Source: Mayamaea pseudoterrestris
Lineage: Eukaryota
Assembly (NCBI GenBank): GCA_027923505.1
Contig: BROI01000010.1
Coordinates: 248,001-312,000 of the forward strand
Direction of reading: 5' to 3'
DNA: 64,000 nucleotides
Positions 59,701-64,000 of this stretch are shown here, piece by piece. The notes beneath the pieces are model-generated. The model ran no database searches and was not told the origin of the DNA. It saw nothing but the letters and a program-made list of their open reading frames with translations. Both the position numbers and the translations under genes were made by a program. How positions within the stretch are numbered: the first letter of the stretch is position 1; each line of letters opens with the position of its first letter.

Positions 59701-62320
59701 CCAAACCCTTGTCCCATATGTTCATTTGGCGTGGTGAAACCCCGCCATGGCATCCAAGTAGCTCAGTGACGGCGAGAAGGAAAAACCTTCTGAGCGCCAG
59801 TTGAAGGGCCATCTGCCTAGAAGGCGCCACTGGTGCACCAATGGAGCATCCAATGAGCACCTGCATGGCCAAACCCTTGTCCCGTATGTTCATTTGGCGT
59901 GGTGAAACCCCGCCATGGCATCCAAGTAGCTCAGTGACGGCGAGAAGGAAAATCCTTCTGAGCGCCAGTTGAAGGGCCATCTGCCTAGAAGGCGCCACTG
60001 GTGCACCAATGGAGCATCCAATGAGCATCTGCATGGCCAAACCCTTGTCCCATATGTTCATTTGGCGTGGTGAAACCCCGCCATGGCATCCAAGTAGCTC
60101 AGTGACGGCGAGAAGGAAAATCCTTCTGAGCGCCAGTTGAAGGGGCATCTGCCTAGAAGGCGCCACTGGTGCACCAATGGAGCATCCAATGAGCACCTGC
60201 ATGGCCAAACCCTTGTCCCGTATGTTCATTTGGTGTGGTGAAACCCCTCCATGGCATCCAAGTAGCTCAGTGACGGCGAGAAGGAAAAACCTTCTGAGCG
60301 CCAGTTGAAGGGGCATCTGCCTAGAAGGCGCCACTGGTGCACCAATGGAGCATCCAATGAGCACCTGCATGGCCAAACCCTTGTCCCGTATGTTCATTTG
60401 GTGTGGTGAAACCCCTCCATGGCATCCAAGTAGCTCAGTGACAGCGAGAAGGAAAATCCTTCTGAGCGCCAGTTGAAGGGGCATCTGCCTAGAAGGCGCC
60501 ACTGGTGCACCAATGGAGCATCCAATGAGCATCTGCATGGCCAAACCCTTGTCCCGTATGTTCATTTGGCGTGGTGAAACCCCTCCATGGCATCCACGTA
60601 GCTCAGTGACGGCGAGAAGGAAATACCTTCTGAGCACCAGTTGTAGGGGCATCTGCCTAGAAGGTGCCACTGGTGCACCAATGGAGCATCCAATGAGCAT
60701 CTGCATGGCCAAACCCTTGTCCCGTATGTTCATTTGGCGTGGTGAAACCCCTCCATGGCATCCAAGTAGCTCAGTGACGGCGAGAAGGAAAATCCTTCTG
60801 AGCGCCAGTTGAAGGGGCTCTTGCCAGAAGGCCGCACTGGTGCACCAATGGAGCATCCAATGAGCATCTGCATGGCCAAACCCTTGTCCCGTATGTTCAT
60901 TTGGCGTGGTGAAACCCCTCCATGGCATCCAAGTAGCTCAGTGACGGCGAGAAGGAAATACCTTCTGAGCGCCAGTTGTAGGGGCATCTGCCTAGAAGGT
61001 GCCACTGGTGCACCAATGGAGCATCCAATGAGCATCTGCATGGCCAAACCCTTGTCCCGTATGTTCATTTGGCGTGGTGAAACCCCTCCATGGCATCCAA
61101 GTAGCTCAGTGACGGCGAGAAGGAAAAACCTTCTGAGCGCCAGTTGAAGGGGCGTCTGCCTAGAAGGCGCCACTGGTGCACCAATGGAGCATCCAATGAG
61201 CATCTGCATGGCCAAACCCTTGTCCCGTATGTTCATTTGGTGTGGTGAAACCCCTCCATGGCATCCACGTAGCTCAGTGATGGCGAGAAGGAAAAACCTT
61301 CTGAGCGCCAGTTGAAGGGGCATCTGCCTAGAAGGCGCCACTGGTGCACCAATGGAGCATCCAATGAGCACCTGCATGGCCAAACCCTTGTCCTGTATGT
61401 TCATTTGGCGTGGTGAAACCCCTCCATGGCATCCAAGTAGCTCAGTGATGGCGAGAAGGAAAATCCTTCTGAGCGCCAGTTGAAGGGGCATCTGCCTAGA
61501 AGGCGCCACTGGTGCACCAATGGAGCATCCAATGAGCACTTGCTTGTCCAAACCCTTGTTGCGTATGTTCATTTGGCGTGGTGAAACCCCTCCATGGCAT
61601 CCAAGTAGCTCAGTGATGGCGAGAAGGAAAATCCTTCTGAGCGCCACTTGTAGGGGCATCTGCCTAGAAGGCGCCACTGGTGCACCAATGGAGCATCCAA
61701 TGAGCATCTGCATGGCCAAACCCTTGTCCCGTATGTTCATTTGGTGTGGTGAAACCCCTCCATGGCATCCAAGTAGCTCAGTGATGGCGAGAAGGAAATA
61801 CCTTCTGAGCGCCAGTTGAAGGGGCATCTGCCTAGAAGGCGCCACTGGTGCACCAATGGAGCATCCAATGAGCACCTGCATGTCCAAACCCTTGTCCCGT
61901 ATGTTCATTTGGTGTGGTGAAACCCCTCCATGGCATCCAAGTAGCTCAGTGATGGCGAGAAGGAAAATCCTTCTGAGCGCCACTTGTAGGGGTGTCTGCC
62001 TAGAAGGCGCCACTGGTGCACCAATGGAGCATCCAATGAGCATCTGCATGGCCAAACCCTTGTCCCGTATGTTCATTTGGCGTGGTTAAACCCCTCCATG
62101 GCATCCAAGTAGCTCAGTGGTGGTGAGAAGGAAAATCCTTCTGAGCGCCAGTTGAAGGGGCATCTGCCTAGAAGGCGCCACTGGTGCACCAATGGAGCAT
62201 CCAATGAGCATCTGCATGGCCAAACCCTTGTCCCGTATGTTCATTTGGCGTGGTGAAACCCCTCCATGGCATCCAAGTAGCTCAGTGATGGTGAGAAGGA
62301 ATATCCTTCTGAGCGGCACT
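47757..62320. repeat. Satellite array of 168-bp monomers, ~86 copies, ~55% GC
   Basis: Consensus ggccaaacccttgtcccatatgttcatttggtgtggtgaaaccccgccatggcatccaagtagctcagtgacggcgagaaggaaaaaccttctgagcgccagttgaagggccatctgcctagaaggcgccactggtgcaccaatggagcatccaatgagcacctgcat (168 nt, 92 G+C by hand count). Confidence 0.99.
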
Positions 62321-62324
62321 TCTG

Positions 62325-63503
62325 TGTAGCTGGTGACTGTGTGGCTCTTTGCCCTCCCCGATTACTGATGCTACATTTGAGCTGGGAATGATTGTTATGC
62401 ACCAATATCACCGCATATGTGTCCCCAGGGATAGCCAGAACAGAAATCATGGAACAAGACTATTCGGGGTAGTCATTAAAGGCCGCACACTGTAGAACCT
62501 TGCAGCTGGTTACTGTTTGGATCTTTGCCCTCCCAATCAACTGATGCTACATGTGAGCTGGGATTGATTGTTATGCACCAATCTCACCTCATAAATGTCC
62601 ATAAACATATCCAGAACAGACTTCATGGAACAAGACTTTTGGGAAAAGCTTTTGAAGGCCACACATGTAGCACCATGGAGCCGGTTACTGTGCGGATTTT
62701 TGCCTTCCCAAACAACTGATGCTACACGTGAGCTGGGAATGATTGTTATGCACCAATCTCACCGCATACATGTCCCTAAGAATAGCCAAAACAGAATTCA
62801 TGGAACAGGACTATAGGGGGTAGTCTCTGAAGGCCACACATGTAGCACCATGCAGCTGGTTACTGTGTGTATCTTTGCCCTCCCAAACAACTGATGCTAC
62901 ATGTAAGCTGGGAATGATTGGTATGCACCAATCTCACCGCATACATGTCCTCGAAGATAGCCAGAACGGACTTCATGGAACAAGACTTTTGGGAAAAGCC
63001 TTTGAAGGCCACACATGAAGCACCATGGAGCGGGTTACTGTGCGGATCTTTGCCCTCCCAAACAACTGGTGCTACATGTGAGCTGGAAATGATTTTTATG
63101 CACCAAGCTCACCGCATATGTGTCCCCAAAGATAGCCAGAGTAGAATTCATGGAACAAGACTATTGCAGGTAGTCATTGAAGGCCTTACACCGTAGCACC
63201 ATGGAGCAGGTTACTGTGCGGATCTTTGCCCTCCCAAACAACTGATGCTACACGTGAGCTGGGAATGATTGTTATGCACCAATCTCACCGCATATGTGTC
63301 CCCAAGGATAGCCAGAACAGAATTCATGGAACAGGACTATTGGAGGTAGCCTTTGAAGGCCACACATGTAGCACCATGGAGCTGGTTACTGTGTGGATCT
63401 TTGCCCTTGCCCTCCCAAACAACTGATGCTACATGTGAGCTGGAAATGATTGTTATGCACCAATATCACTGGATACGTGTCCCCAAGGATAGCCAGAACA
63501 GAG
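62325..63503. repeat. 175-bp satellite, ~6.7 diverged copies
   Basis: ctg(a/g)tgctac anchor at 62365, 62541, 62716, 62891, 63066, 63242 and 63423. Confidence 0.95.
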
Positions 63504-63604
63504 TTGGTTGCAGTAGGATATATCCCGACATGTCTCACGACATTACTTGGAATACTGCAGCTGCGACCTAGATGATGTCATGGTTGTGGTGCATGCAATG
63601 ACCC

Positions 63605-63985
63605 CTAATAATAAACGTGTTAGCTATCCCAAACACATTGCTTTAATTTAGGAGTATGCTCTCAGAGAGCCATCAATTACGACTAAATTACTGCAATCTC
63701 TAGCCTCTCCTTGTGTGAGACCGTTGATCCTACCACCTCCCCGCTCCGCGAATGTGTTTATGCATTCTGCATTCTGTCATCTACCTACGGCTGGCTAATA
63801 ATAAACGTATTAGCTATCCCAAACACATTGCTTTAATTTAGGAGTATGCTCTCAGAGAGCCATCAATTACCACTAAATTACTGCAATCTCTAGCCTCTCC
63901 TTGTGTGAAACCGTTGATCCTACCACCTCCCCGCTCCGCGAATGTGTTTATGCATTCTGCATTCTGTCATCTACCTACGGCTGGC
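63605..63985. repeat. 190-bp direct repeat, two near-identical copies
   Basis: ctaataataaacgt...ctacctacggctggc at 63605 and 63795; about three substitutions between copies. Confidence 0.95.
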
Positions 63986-64000
63986 CAGTAATCTTCGATG

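Noticed and set aside
47821..62319. Long minus-strand ORFs with 56-aa repeats (MNIWDKGLAMQVLIGC...)
   Set aside because: The 168-bp monomer is a multiple of three and happens to lack a stop in one frame. Frameshifts, stops and non-synonymous variants are scattered freely, so this is satellite DNA rather than a gene.
47757..62320. CRISPR-like array
   Set aside because: Monomers are repeated end to end with no unique spacers, there are no cas genes, and the context is eukaryotic.
47757..63612. Telomeric repeats (aaaccc words; single ccctaa near 63603)
   Set aside because: Isolated words only, with no tandem CCCTAA tract.

Overview
Eukaryotic nuclear DNA, almost certainly from a diatom. The evidence is short GT-AG introns, an Lhcx-type fucoxanthin-chlorophyll protein with an AAA-FAP plastid-targeting motif, and a helicase-associated (HA) domain protein. 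The first ~46 kb is gene-dense. It carries CTF8, UBP6/USP14, an ARM-like protein, a MYND/MSS51-like protein, RCL1, a PB1-like protein, RPS15, an HA-domain protein, a divergent H3/H4 pair sharing a 3' stem-loop, and DDX54/DBP10. It continues with a chromo-JmjC-Tudor protein, an RsmB/NOP2 methyltransferase, two adjacent orphans sharing a membrane tail, a beta-propeller-like membrane protein, a probable Sld3/Treslin homologue, an IphP-like phosphatase, a phytocyanin-like cupredoxin, a Trp/Tyr permease and Lhcx. From ~46.5 kb the window has no credible genes and consists of four consecutive tandem repeat families on a nucleosome scale. These are a ~500-bp unit (about 3 x 167), a ~14.5-kb array of 168-bp monomers (~55% GC, CpG-decay variants, position-dependent variants), a 175-bp family and a 190-bp doublet. 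This block is a candidate satellite centromere or heterochromatin/subtelomeric domain. Gene identities come from motif recognition by eye; no searches were run.
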